Below, piece after piece: positions 45,770-59,798 of a stretch of DNA of 64,000 nt. Source of the stretch: Phoronis australis (lineage: Eukaryota; Animalia; Phoronida); assembly GCA_002633005.1 (NCBI GenBank), contig NMRA01000701.1, positions 14,053 through 78,052 on the forward strand, written 5' to 3'. The notes beneath the pieces are model-generated. The model saw only the letters and a list, made by a program, of their open reading frames with translations. It did no database searches and was not told the origin of the DNA. Both the position numbers and the translations under genes were made by a program. Position 1 is the first letter of the stretch; each line of letters begins with the position of its first letter.

Positions 45770-48760
45770 GTGTATCCTGACATTGTCCTCTATACGTGGA
45801 CACTTAGGGAAAATATGCTTATAAAACACAGTATGTTTGATAAATTTAATATGAGTGTTATTGATAATGCCTTTTATGGTGACATTCTAGGGGTAAAGTT
45901 TACAAGTATTATGTCTGAAACTTGTTTTATAATTTATGCATGCTACTTTCCTCCCAAGGGTTCAAATAGAAGTAAGAACATTGATGACATTTATTCTCAT
46001 CTCATCAACCAATTGTATAACTTTAGTGATGTTGAGAATTTCTTCATTTGTGGGGATTTTAACGCAAGAACAGGCAACAAACTAGATTTCATTCAGGATA
46101 TTGACGAAGTGGGCCTAAGACAGATCATAGATTTTCAGACCAATCGATTTGGTGATGCTTTAATTGACTTTTAAGTCTTCCACAAACTTAAACGTTTGTA
46201 GAAGACTCGAAATTGGCTATTGTTAACGGCAGAATTAATCCAGAATTTGACAATTTCACCTCTGTCTCGGCTAGAGGAAATGCTGCTGTAGATTATATTT
46301 TAACTGGCCAAAGAATTGCGTATCGTTTTCTGTTACAAAGGCTTCTGATATTATTGATATGTTAGATATCCACGCATTAATTGAGTCAACATGTGAAGAC
46401 CCAGATCATTCTGTTCTTGTTTTAAAGTTTAAAATCTCCTCGCCTGAAGTGTGTTCATCTGGCATCAACAGACCTTTAGATTCGAACAGTCTTTCGAAAA
46501 AACGTTAATATGACACCTCCAATATCCCTGTAAAATTTAGTAATAATGTGACATTTAATGAAGAAATTTTATGTTTAATTGATTCATTATTGTTATCCCA
46601 TGAACATCAGAACCAACTTGATATAGTGTATCAGTCATTCGTTGACCTATTAATTAAGGAATTGGATTCCTTGCTGGACTACAAGGATTGTTATCCGAAC
46701 TAAACTAAGAAAGAACTTTAAATGGAATCAGCCTTACTGGAATTCGTAACGTAATGATTTGTGGAAAAATTTAAAAGACATTGAGAAACAACTTTCAAGA
46801 AGTCAAAGAGGACGCAGGAACTGGTCACATTATAAACAACTGTTTCTGTCTGCTCAATATTAATTTGACAAGAAACTAAAATGCGCGAAACGCTCATACC
46901 AGTCAAAAGTTCAGATTGAAGTTGAGAATCTGAAAACTGAAAATACTAAGGATTTCTGGGCATATATTAAGAAACTGGGACCAAAACAGTTTAGCGAAGT
47001 TCCACCGGAAGTCCTGGATTCAAATAATGAAATAAACTCTGATAGAAATTTTGTTCTAAATAAACGGAAAAATGATTATGAACAATTATTTAAACGCACT
47101 TCAGAAAATACACCATTTGATGAAGAATTTTATTTGAAAACCTTGAATTTGCGCAAGCAGCTAGAAAATGATTGTTCTAATACAACTGATCATGGCTTAA
47201 ATTGTGAAATATGTATTGATGAGGTTAGAAAGGTTGTTATGAAAATAAAGAATAACAAAGCCGTCGGCTATGACTATATACCTTATGAGGTGTTAAAGAT
47301 TCGAAACTATTGTTGTTTTTCTAACCCTATTGTTAAATGAACCTTTTAAAAGTGGACTATTGCCTTCTGATTGGTATAAGACAATTATAATCCGGATACC
47401 TTATGTAAAAATTCTACAGACGACCATAGGTTACCTTTGAACTACCGTGGGATTAGTCTTCTTTCCAATATTTATAAAATCTTCAGTGCTGTGATGAATA
47501 ATAGAATTTTGGGTTTCTGTGAACAGAACACTATTTTACTTGACGAACAAAATGGTTTTCAAAGCCAACGGTCCTGTATTGATCTCTTATATGTCCTGTC
47601 ATCAATTATTCATACAAGAAAGTCGTCTAAACTTTCTACATTTGTGACATTTGTGGACATGAAAAAAGCTTTTGACTGGACAAACCATGAACTTCTGTTT
47701 TATAAATTACTGCAAGATAATATTAATGGCAGAATGTATGATGCAATTCGTATGATTTGCTTAAGTCCGTTGAACTGTATATGATTAAATGGCACTCTGT
47801 ATAGTGGTTGGTTCACTCCTGAATATGGTGTCCGTTAGGGGGACGTTTTATCACCGACACTCTGTATTATATACAAATGACTTAGCTCTGGATAATAAAA
47901 AACGGGGTAAAGGTGTCCAGTGTGGCCCGAGCAATATTTCAGTGGTTCTTTATGCCGACGATATTGCACTTTTGTCTTAGAATGAAAATGACATGCAAGA
48001 TAAGCTGAAGGTTTTAATAAAAAAAGTGGAGAATGGTTGTGAACATGGCAAAAACTAATGTTGCCCATTTTCGAACTAAGTCTATGCCTAGAAGCAGTTT
48101 TGAATTTATTTTGAACTGTGTCATCAGTTATATCCTTATACAAATATTTAGGCTGTACTCTGTATCAACACATTGACTTCAAAGAAAATTTGAATAGGTT
48201 ATCTGAAGCTTCTGGTAGAGCGTTAGGGAAGATACATGTATGCTCAACATTCCGTGATAACAAAAATCTAGGATTCGAAACGTCTAAAACTTTAATTCGT
48301 GTGTGGCACCAATTTTGGATTACGGGTCATCTGTTTGGGGTTACAAAAATTTTGGTATTGATGAAAATATTCAAAACAGCTTTGCGTTTTTATTTAGGGA
48401 TCAACCCAGGGGTGGATCCAGGATTTTGAGTTAGGGGGGCCAGGGCAGAGTATTACCCAGGATTTTGCCCGTCAGACATTCGCACCCCCGTACTGCCAAA
48501 TGGAATCTTAGGGGGGCCATGGCCCCCTTGGCCCCACTCTAAATCCGCCACTGCAACCGATTTACAACCACTCATGCTGTTAGTGGCGATATGGGGTGGA
48601 ACTCCACCAGAACTCACGGAGGTCTATTCTGTTTAATAATGTTTCACTTCAAATCCCGAACTTTGCAGATTTCAGTAGATTAGATACGTTAAAACTGCTA
48701 TTTCATTATTTCCCTAGGCAATTTGCCAAATATATCAAGTCTGCTTTTGAACTTGGAAAC
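45770..48760 (+). mobile_element. Degenerate non-LTR retrotransposon (LINE) ORF2: APE endonuclease plus reverse transcriptase, with stops and frameshifts
   Basis: APE motifs ACYFPP, ICGDFNAR, NG..F..VDY, DH at 45.9-46.4 kb. RT motifs KAVGYDYIPYE, NYRGISLLS, EQNGF, FVDMKKAFD, (Q)GDVLSP, YADD, YKYLG at 47.2-48.2 kb. Interrupted by a MITE at 48407-48553. Lacks about 470 bp present in the second copy. Confidence 0.92.
48407..48553. mobile_element. 147-bp MITE (CAG(T/G)GGCGGAT-type TIR) with a 5-bp TSD CAACC, inserted in the LINE
   Basis: Ends CAGGGGTGGAT...ATCCGCCACTG; CAACC at 48402-48406 and 48554-48558. Absent from the second copy. A related right end is at 1-98. Confidence 0.9.
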
Positions 48761-49268
48761 TGACGCATTTATGGTTGGCCTACATCTGAGTTGTGTAGTT
48801 AAAGTGACTAATAAGCCCAACTTTGCTGGGTACTTATCTTTCTTACGAATGTTATACCTATAACTGTTTGATTTAATTGTACTTGGAATGTCAATATACT
48901 AAATAAATAATAATTCTGCTATACATAGTTGAATCCTGAAACATTCTCCAATTTTTCCGAAAATGGACACCAAAACTGTGTCTGAAGAATTTTTTTAGCC
49001 ATATAGGCCTACTCTTACCTGTGAGGCAATCATGCCGGGAACTATAATATTGTGCTGTTACTTTCTTGATTTCTATTTGCCCCCCCCCCGCCCGGAGAAT
49101 ACATTCGTTCATTTCCAAATATTTCCTCTGTTCTACATGTATATTCTGATTTGACTTTTATTACCGAAACTGATGTTTTGTTTCCAAATGTACGGCCTGG
49201 ACTTGTCTGAAGAAAACCCTGGCATTACGAGTGTGCTATTACTGTTACTGTTGCTACTACTATGTACT

Positions 49269-49455
49269 CAGTGCTGTAGTGGTAAAATTAGAGGCAAGTG
49301 GGCGCTCAAAGTCCATCGTATCGCCGAGAGCGCCTAATTTTTAAGGTATATTGAACTCGCAGAACCTGACTGTTTGACGGTGGGTAGGCGCTACGTTAAA
49401 AAGCAAAAAGGTGGTTGGCTACGCCTACATGCGCCTACGTCCCACTACAGCACTG
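49269..49455. mobile_element. hAT-type MITE with 14-bp TIR and 8-bp TSD (second copy at 52358-52542)
   Basis: TATGTACT|CAGTGCTGTAGTGG...CCACTACAGCACTG|TATGTACT. Confidence 0.85.
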
Positions 49456-50089
49456 TATGTACTGCTACTGCTATTGGTGCTATTAAGAACTGGAAGCATT
49501 TGTCGGAAGATTTCTAATAAAATCACAAAACACACCGTTTTTGTGTTTTATAGCTTTGGTCAAGAAGTTTGCCATGCTCAACAATAATGCGCGAGGCGCG
49601 TTTTTTTCAACCCTAAAACCGGCTGTGCTTTTCAATGTACAGTACATGTATTGTCAGCATAGCCCGCGGTTAGCACAGTCGCGCAAACTGTCTTGTACTA
49701 TGATTGATGTGGCCAAGACGAAATCATTGTTCCTTTTGGAATTTGCTTATTCAAACGTGTTTTCGCTGAATACAATATCGGCCTTACATTAAACGTATTT
49801 GTAATAGCTCCAATTCTTGTCCCCTGAACAAAATTATTGGTGAGAATACATGTACAGGTACTGTATATCACCATACCCCCAAGTCAAAGTACTTCAAAAA
49901 CCGATTAGCAACTGAATAGATCGGAACGACATTCATTCTTCTTCATTATTGTACTGAACGCGCCAAACTTAATGCGATTTAAAAATTAAGTCACTGTGGG
50001 GTGATTTTGCTAAATTAATTTGTATCTGCGTGCGAACCTGTAGATCAAAAGGTAAATTGATTGACCTCGCTGAGCCTGTTTAACAAGAN

Positions 50090-51890
50090 ACTATATACCT
50101 TATGAGGTGTTAAAGATTCGAAACTGTTGTTGTATTTCTAACCCTATTGTTAAATAAATCTTTTAAACGTGGACTATAGCCTTCTGACTGGTATAAGACA
50201 ATTATAATCCGGATACCTTATGTAAAAATTCTACAGACGACCCTAGGTTACCTTTGAACTACCGTGGGATTAGTCTTCTTTCCAATATTTATAAAATCTT
50301 CAGTGCTGTGATGAATAATAAAATTTTGGTTTTCTGTGAACAGAACAATATTTTAGTTGACGAGCAAAATGGTTTTCGAAGCCAACGGTCCTGTATTGAT
50401 CTCTTATATGTCCTGTCATCAATCATTCAAACAAGAAAGTCGTCTAAACTTTCTACATTTGTGACATTTGTGGACATGGAAAAAGCTTTTGACTGGACAA
50501 ACCATGAACTTCTGTTTTATAAAATACTGCAAAATAATATTAATGGTAGAATGTATGATGCAATTCGTATGATTTACAGAAGTCCGTTGAGCTGTATACG
50601 ATTAAATGGCACTCTGTATAGTGGTTGGTTCACTCCTGAAAATGGTTTCTGTAAGGGGGACGTTTTATCACCGACACTCTTTGCATTATATACAAATGAC
50701 TTAGCTCTGGATATTAAAAAACTGGGCAAAGGTGTCCAGTGTAGCCCGAGCAATATTTCATATTTTATGCCGACGATATTGCACTTTTGTCTGAGAATGA
50801 AAATGACATGCAGGATATGTTGAAGGTTTTAAACAACTGGTGTAAAAAGTGGGGAATGGTTGTGAACATGGCAAGTCTATGCCTAGAAGCAGTTTTGAAT
50901 TTATTTTGAACAGTGTCATCAGTTATGTCCACATACAAATGTTTAGGCTGTATTCTGGATCAACACCTTGACTTCAAAGAAAATTTGAATACGTTATCTG
51001 AAGCTTTTGGTAGAGCGTTAGGGAAGATATACTCAACATTCCGTGTTAACAAGAATCTATGATTCGAAACGTTTAAAACATTATTTATTTCGTGTGTGAC
51101 ACCAATTTTGGATTACGGGTCATCTGTTTGGGGTTACAACAATTTTGGTAATGATGAAAATATTCAAAACAGAGCTATGCGTTTTTATTTAGGTATCAAC
51201 GGTTGAACCGATTTACAGCCACTTATGCTGTTAGTGGCGATATGGGGTGGGAATATGCTGCGTCTTTGGAACAAACTAGTAACCACAGGTGGTGATAGGT
51301 TACTGAACAAGGTATTTCTATGGGACTACTCTGTTGGTAGAAAGGGTTGGATAGACGGAATCAAAAATTTGTTAAAATAACTGGCATGCAATCCTGTTTT
51401 CAAAATTTGACTACTTGTAACATAGTAGACGCCAGAAACAAACTATTTGAATACGCGAAACATTCTTGGGCTGAATCTGTTGTAACAAAACCCAAGTTAA
51501 GAACCTACATTTTATTTAAGCACGAATTTTTAACTGAGTCATATGTAAAGATTAATTTACATGTATCTCGTTCCGAGCGATCTCTTCTGGCTCAGGAAAT
51601 CTCCCATTGCATTTGGAAACTGGTCGCTTTGTAAACACTACTGTAAGTGAAAGACTGCTTGTGTTGTGATTCTGGTTCTGTAGAGGATGAGCTACATTTT
51701 GTGTTTGATTGTTCTCTTTATAACTCACGAAGGTCTATTCTGTTTAATAATGTTTCACTTCAAATCCCGAACTTTGCAGATTTCAGTAGATAAGATACGT
51801 TAAAACTGCTATTTCAGTATTTTCCTAGGCAATTTGCCAAATATATCAAGTCTGCTTTTGAACTTGGAAACCGACGCATTTATGGTAGGC
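50090..51890 (+). mobile_element. Second (probably allelic) copy of the LINE RT and C-terminal region
   Basis: Near-identical to 47273 onward. Contains NYRGISLL, QNGFR, DMEKAFD and GDVLSPTLF. The C-terminal part has KPKLRTY, RSLLAQ, LHLETGRF and a C..C..EDELHFVFDC zinc-knuckle-like tail. Confidence 0.9.
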
Positions 51891-54800
51891 CTACATCTGA
51901 GTTGTGTACATGTAGTTAAAGTGACTAAGAAGCCCAACTGGGCTGAGTACTTATCTTTCTTACGAATGTTATGCCTATAACTGTTTGATTTAATTGTACT
52001 TGTCACTATAATAAACAAATAATAATACTACTATACATGGTTGAATCCTGAAACATTCTCCAATTTATTCGAAAATGGACACCAAAACTGTGACTGAAGA
52101 AATTTTTTAGCCATATAGGCTTACTCTTACCTGTGAGGCAACCATGCCGGGAACTATAACATTGTGCTGTTTCTTTCTTGATTTCTATTTGCCCCCNCAT
52201 TCGTTCATTTCCAAATATTTCCCCTGTCCTAATTCTGATTTGGCTTTTATTACCGAAACTGATGTTTTGTTTCCAAATGTACGGCCTGGACTTGTCTGAA
52301 GAAAACCCTGGCACTACGAGTGTGCTATTACTGTTACTGTTGCTACTACTAAGTACTCAGTGCTGTAGTGGTAAAGTTAGAGGCAAGAGGGCCCGCAAAG
52401 TCCATCGTATTGCCAAGAGCGCCTAATTTGTAAGGTATATTGAACTCGCAGAACCTGACGGTCATTAGGCGCTACGTTAAAAAGCAAAAAGGTGGTTGGC
52501 TGCCGTGACGCCTACATGCGCCTACGTCCCACTACAACACTGTATGTACTGCTACTGCTATTGGTGCTATTACGAACTGGAAGCATTTGTCGGAAGATTT
52601 CTAATAAAATCACAAAGCACACCGTTTTTGTGTTTTATAGCTTTGGTCAAGAAGTTTGCCATGCCCAACAGTAATGCGCGAAGTGCGTTTTTTCAACCCT
52701 CAACCGGCTGTGCTTTTCAATGTACATGTATTGTTGTCTGCATAGCCCTCGGTTAGCACAGTCGCGCAAACTGTCTTGTATTATGATTGAAGTGGCCAAG
52801 ACGAATCATTGTTCCTTTTGGAATTTGCTTATTCAAACGTGTTTTCGCTGAATACAATATCGGCCTTACATTAAACGTATTTGTAATAGCTCCAATTCTT
52901 GTCCCCTGAACAAAATTATTGGTGAGAATACATGTACAGGTACTGTATATCACCATACCCCCAAGTCAAAGTACTTCAAAAACCGATTAGCAACTGAATA
53001 GATCGGAACGACATTCATGCTTCTTCATTATTGTACTGAACTCGCCAAACCTAATGCGATTTAAAAATTAAGTCACTGTGGGGTGATTTTGCTAAATTAA
53101 TTTGTATCTGCGTGCGAACCTGTAGATCAAAAGGTAAATTGATTGACCTCGCTGAGCCTATTTAACAAGAAATGGCAACAAATGACCCAAACAGCACCGT
53201 GACGTAAGTCTTGTTTTTCAGTTCAACGCTTTCAAGCTTCGTTGAAATTGTTTTTATTTCGTGGTCACTTCCGTTTTATTGTCGTGAGATTTCTGAAACT
53301 TTTTTTATTTACTGAAGATTCATTCGCAAAGAAAACGAGACAGTTGACCTCTTCCAAGCATCGCTATTCATTGAATGGCCACCTTTCTTGTTCAGCATTC
53401 CTAGGTCACACTAAAATTGTTCTCAGAAATTCCGAGCTTCTAACATATTCACGGCACGGTTTTCAGAGACAGTCGGATCTTCTTGAAATACAGAATGAAC
53501 TATTTTAATGTAACAGGGATCTAAGCCTTCTTAAAGAAGATATAAGGGCGTACACACATGCTTTCCAATAAAACGAGCTTTCATGTAGATCACCTGCACT
53601 GTTGCAAAATCGGTCAGCTAGCTTGTTGTTATTGCTTCAGTCCAGTTGCTTGTGACGGCGAATTAATTTCAGTCGCCAAGGCAGTGAAGTCAGGTCAGTC
53701 AGATCAAAGAGCACGTGATGTATGGTTGTCAGAACAACTACGCGGTGGTGTTGCGCCGGAACAGCAAATACGCCTGTGAAGAAAGTCAAGGTTTCTACAC
53801 CATAACATAGCTTATTGTGGTTTGACTATTGGTGTGTTGGAGCATTGTTGTGGTCCATTTTCTACGGGAAGCGTAAACAGTTGGCCTCGGAGTCTAATTA
53901 ACTTTACGGTATCACTTTAACACACTGGAACTAAGTGGCAGTGTGGCACGTGAGGTCCCAAAATTAGAGAACTTACGTCTAGTGAAATTACCAAGACTTA
54001 GATTCGCCTGTTGTCAGCCACAATTATTTTGGCAAAAATCTGCGATGTCGGTGACCCTCGACCTCCCCGCTTTTTGAACCACGTGACTTTCAGAAGCCAT
54101 CTTATTGGCAAGCTCGCCATGTGGCCTTAGAGTTTGGGCATGGTGTCCAAGAACGCAGAGGTAATTGCCCCGCCCCTAGAACATTGCGCTGGTTAATTAT
54201 CAGGTTATCGGATTTTCAAAGCAAATAATAGTATTTTAGAAAAGAGGGTAGGCCTATTGCCGCGACAGTTGGAGATCAGCGAGGAATTTCAGTTACTTAA
54301 TTAGTCAAAGGTTGGACACATTACACGTTTTTCAAAAATCAATTTTAAGTTTACGCTTAAAATAAATCAAAAGTAAGTATGAATTTCAAGCTTTTTGTGG
54401 AAAACGAGAGTGGAGTTCAAATCCATCCGTAAGTCTATCGGAGGCCGAGCAGTCGCCTCGACTGTAGTTAAAATTTGAAGCCTTTGTTAGGATTTGGCGA
54501 TATGTAATAAAGACAGATTTTGCTGTCTTATAGCTCTGGGCCAAGCTTATAACTTCAAGATCTAACAAAAATACTTCCTAAAGTATATTATTCGACAGAA
54601 AAATCTATTTTTCCTTTTTGAACGCTATTTAATTCACAGTTTTTGTCCTCATTAGTTTTGTCTGTCGTACGTTTAAATGATTGATACACTGATAATAGAA
54701 TATCGTAAACGGTGGAACGTATGTGTCTATCAAACACGGTGTGTGCGATTGCCAAAACGTGTGCTAAACTGAGCATCTCAGGACCGAGAGGCCGTTGGTA

Positions 54801-57800
54801 CTTTTCCATGTTCAATAACAGGACACGTTCTTACACAGTGTACATGTAACTGCTTGTCCTAGACGGTCCATTGTTTGTGATGACAGAACGGCGTGAAACG
54901 TATTGGTGGGAAGTATTGTTGAGCGGAATTTTTTAAGATAAGACGAGTCATTGTTCTCATAAGATGAAGCGATGATCGTCTGACTCATGCTAAGTGACGA
55001 TAAAATGTAGGCACTTCTAATCAACCTTTGATGTCTTTGCAGTCTATTACTTTGTTGGATTTCAATTTGTACTTGAGTTAAACATATAAGGGGGGGGGCA
55101 GACAAATCCGATTTCGCTAATTACTCTGCCACGGACCCCTTTGTGGATATTCAATGGAGTAATTCTAATCATTGCCGCGCGAGCAAGAAAACAATGTTGT
55201 CGGCTCCTATCGCCAATGGCGCACCGTCCCCCGATTGTCAACAATCTTTCTTGTGTCTCCACCCCAGTCACCACCCATTTTGCGCCAACCTCTGGTCGTA
55301 CGCCATCTTCACATAATTACGTTTGAAATTGAATTTCAATCCATACACCGGCCTAGTCTAAAACAGCGTTCACTATATGCCGTCCTCAGGTTGATGGCGC
55401 GCTTCATCCGCCATCTGACAAAATTGATATCGAACGCTTGTCTTTTTATCGTCCGATCCCAAATCAGACGCGAGAAGCCAACATTCCAATGACGTGATTT
55501 ATTGTTTGAGTGTTAATCAACATTTCTTTCTGGTTTTGGGCTTGAAAACTCGGATCGTCTCAGTCTCGACTTAAGCTTTCTTTTCCAAAAGTTTACAAAA
55601 TCTGAAAATAGAAGTGTATGGTGGACTGCAGATATCAAAAACTTCAAAGTCCAGCAAAATTGATTCAAAAATGAAATGTTTTATCTTTTTAAGACTAATG
55701 TCTGCAAGTGCAGCCGGCTAATAACAAAAAAACGAAAAAATACATCAAATCAGAAGAGAGCAATGCCACAGCTCTGACATGTAACCACCAGATTATAACA
55801 TCGGATGAAATGTTAAAGGCGACCAGTCCAGCCTGGTGCCTAAACTTCTTCATAAATATTAGCTTCCGCTAGCTTATCAGGTCACGGGAGAGCAAAAAAG
55901 TCAAGTAATCAACAACTTAGATTCTTTCAATTGAAGCAGAATCAAAAATCAAGCTATTAAAATGACAATGGTAGTATTTACACGTTATACAAAACTCAAA
56001 ACGCCCGGTCAACCTAATAGTCGCCGATTTTTAAGTAAAATAGGGGAGGTACGGAGTTAATTAAATTCAAACCTCGCTTAAACATGTGCTGAGTGCCACC
56101 TGTGGGTCTGTTCGTCAGCGGTGAACGCACGTGATTCAGTGACAGAATCAGAAAGTTTGCATATTAATGTTATTCTAATTACTCGTAAGGCGGTAAATAG
56201 GACGTATTGTTTTTAACTTCTCGTCTGCCCGCTGATCAGACGATCTATCTTCCTTCTCATAAAAAGTGCAGCTTTCAATCAGGTACATGTATAAGTTAGA
56301 CGGACCATCGCCCACTGTGTCTTCTAGCCTTTCAAACTGCATGTTATCAGGTGATGTCGTCCTTGTTTTATGTATTGGAGGATGGAATGCAAAACAGCCA
56401 ATTGGTTAATGCCTACCATCAAAGAAGAGTACCTGAAAGCAAGTACCTACATCCAAAACGGAACAAACTTATAAAGAAACTAGCAAGTTAAATTGAGCTG
56501 CGGTCAGCATTTTGCTAGTTTGAGAGATGTTGCACGTACGCGAGATATAGCCACGGATTGGGATATCAGCATCATTTCACTCAAGAGCAAGTCACTTAAG
56601 AGAAAAAGTGATATCACACTGTACGAGATATCGTTATGCATTCCAGGCGTTAAAACACGCAACTGCACAAGTTCAACTCGCGTGTGCCTCGTACGTCCGC
56701 GGAACGCATCCCAGGCGATCTCACTAGAGCTCTCATAGGCATCTCTCGTGTTTTGGAACGAGCCCTCTTTAAATTCCTGCGAATAACTTTACGACAGGGA
56801 GTGACTTTATGCCAAGGCGGACCATGTAACTTTAACTTACGATTGTGCACTATCAAAAACTATCCTTCATTTCGAAAGAATCTTTTAACGATTATAAACC
56901 TGACATAAACTGCACATGAACGTAACACTCTACCTTTTAGCTAAACTCTAAAGGACATTTAATGACCAACTGACTATCAGACAGTAGTTCACGGTCATTT
57001 TATGTTGATGACTAACGAAGGCCTTGTCATCACAAGAAACTTATCAGACAGACTTCGCAAAATGTTCCCCATCAACTTATTTGCTAAGCACTAGAACGCA
57101 AATGTCTCCGCTTTAACTCAAAAGCTCACGGCATCTTGACAATCGAAAACGACAAAATTCCTAGAAGAGGAATGTTCTGCATTCCATAACAGATCAACGC
57201 ATAAGAAGAAAATGTAACCCAGTCGAAAACACGGAAGTGAGACGCTTGAAATATGATCTAGATGAATGTGTCACCTGCCCTAGGTGAGTACGTGGCATAT
57301 ATACTTTTTCGACAATACCATCAGCTCTATGAACTCTTAGCTGATCTGGAATTTAGTAGTTTGTGGAGTGTGCATACCGGCAGTGGTGTCTAAGCAGCAG
57401 GGTGGTAATGGTGTAAGGATATTTTCCTTCAAGTGTTCTTACGTTCACCAAACATTTAGACTGTTCCGACAGGTGTAGTTACGCATACATTGATTGGGAA
57501 TGATGTGGGGGTAAGATTAAGCGTGCTTTCGATTTATATTATGAAGGCTTATAGTCTTCCGTGGTGATTCAGACTCCGAATTTCATGTTAAGAATTGTAC
57601 GATGACACTTGGATTACCTGCTTATCGAGGCAGGGTAACTTTTGCGCACCGTATTCGCAAAGAGCACAGAGCGACAACTTCCGCCTTGCGATACTTATTG
57701 GTTATGTGTCTGTGGACGCTCCACTAAAAATCTACCTGCTGCCTGTTGGTTTGCTGCTAATTGACCCAACTATGTTGTACACCATCAGAACTGATAAGAA

Positions 57801-58451
57801 GCAGAATACTGGCAACATTGTTAAAAAATTTTGGTTGTAAAAATCACATTTATTGTCCAATTTTCAAAGTTCAAGAACCTAATCACTTGCACTTATAAAA
57901 AACTATAGGCCTACACATATGATTTTAAAATGAAAATTTAAAAAAATACTTTTGTCGGCCCCTTTATGTTTATGATGGGCCTAATTTTATGGATATTATA
58001 TCGTATTGTTGTATAAAAGGGTTCGAGACACGTTTTGTGTGATAGTTTGTGTTTCAGACAGTGAATAAGAACGATTTACATGAATGTCTTCAAGAAATAA
58101 AGCGTGTTCAATGTATAACTCGAAGAATTTTAACTGGAAATGTGAAAAAAAAAAACAACTGAAACGATTTTGGAGTGAACGGTTTCATAGGAATCGACGA
58201 CGTCGGAGTCTCTAACAGCGATTTCCAAACAATCCTATTTATTTCACCGTTTTTCAACTTGATAAAACGTAGCACACAGCTCGTGTTAATATTCCTGTTC
58301 TTACAGAAGGTTGATGATGGCATCGGATAATAGCACCTAATCTTCTCAACGTATGAAACTCTATATATCACATGGGCATTTTACTCAAGCTGTTGATAGG
58401 TCAATGTTTGTCATGTGGTATCCCGGCGGCCGGCTGGTTGTAGGCAGTTCT

Positions 58452-58603
58452 GGCGTGCGTTCAGTAACGCTAGGACCTACTCTAGTACCTAGCTAAAACT
58501 TAGCCAAAGTCACGCGTTTTACTTTGAAATACACGGCAATATATCACGTAATCCCGCGAAGTCTTGCTTTTTAGCGAGGTCCTAGCGCTGCTGAACGGGA
58601 GGC
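58452..58603. mobile_element. About 150-bp MITE family, copy 4
   Basis: Same inverted ends and core as 7532-7672. Confidence 0.85.
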
Positions 58604-59798
58604 TGGTTGAGTGTGAAATGGTGCATACAGCTGTACGTGCTCTTCGCGCTCAATTTCTACCAGCAATGAAAGATTAACGGAATTCAACGTTACACTTTGG
58701 GAACACGGTTTATTGACAAACTGGTTCCGAAAAAACAGTGGAAGTTCAGTAGTCTTGTGGAGTAACTTTGGTGGAGCAAAAAAGGTCGCAAAAGTAAAAA
58801 GGACAGTCTAGTTACGAACGAGGCCGAACGAGGAGTCAAGACGGTGACCGTCAGGTATTGGGCAAGGGGCTATTCGTCAAGCTCATGAAACACTGGGTGT
58901 CAAAGGAAAGGCTTGACCACTTCGAGATTTTATCATAACTATTGAGCAGTTGAACATCTGCAAAGATAGTCACCCTATTGGCATTGTCACGTTCGACACA
59001 TGTACTGTATATTCAGTGATGATCTTCCTAAGTACGACCATTAATGTACTTGTCGGTCGACTGCTGTTGACCTTGTGTGAAACGGTATTTACAAGTGTAG
59101 AGTTTTTGAGATGCCAATAAAACGCAAATACACTAACGAACAACCATAACTTACAAAATGTTCACATTTTGGCATTGTCTTTCTATTGACGGCACATTTT
59201 CTGTGTCTTGATAATCTCAGAACGCCTGTTTATCGTTAGGTTTTTGTTGGCTGACAGGATCACTCACACGTTGACCCCCGAACGCTGCATTCGGCTTTCA
59301 ATAAAAACAACGCGATAATATACTGATTACTGATTTTCATTAAAAGTATTTGTTTCCTGTACGACTGAGGCGGTTTCATTCGACACGGTTGTTGTCCACT
59401 AATCTTGTTAGAACATGACTTTAATTTATCTACATGTAAGTTGTAACAAGGAAACCATGAAACTAGCCGAGGCTATACATGTATAAAAAAGCTGCGCACG
59501 CGTGATCCGCCGCGTGTTTAGCGTAAAACTCATTTAATTACAGTGAATTAATTTAATGCCCAAGAACGCGAGTATAAAACACAGCTCCCGCAGCGAAATG
59601 CTAGAATGACGGTTAAGGTAAGGTATCACCTCGGTAATAATTTGGGGAAAGAAAATTAATACGAAAAAATATGACAAGCAATTGCAACTAAATTCCAAGC
59701 CTGAACGAAATATTTGGGAATTGTAACTGAATTTACTTGAACCATTTGTCAGATACTAATGCAAACTTTGTTTATTCTAGGTTGGCCATTACTGCAAA

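Larger units (their letters stand above)
47273..53170. repeat. About 3-kb tandem duplication (47273-50088 / 50090-53170) joined by a single N; likely uncollapsed haplotypes
   Basis: Collinear copies with SNPs and indels. The junction is exactly at N50089. Confidence 0.9.

Noticed and set aside
47273-53170. Apparent tandem LINE duplication as a real biological event
   Set aside because: The junction is exactly at a single N, as at 26094. This is the signature of overlapping haplotigs, so the copies were used only for allele-like comparison.
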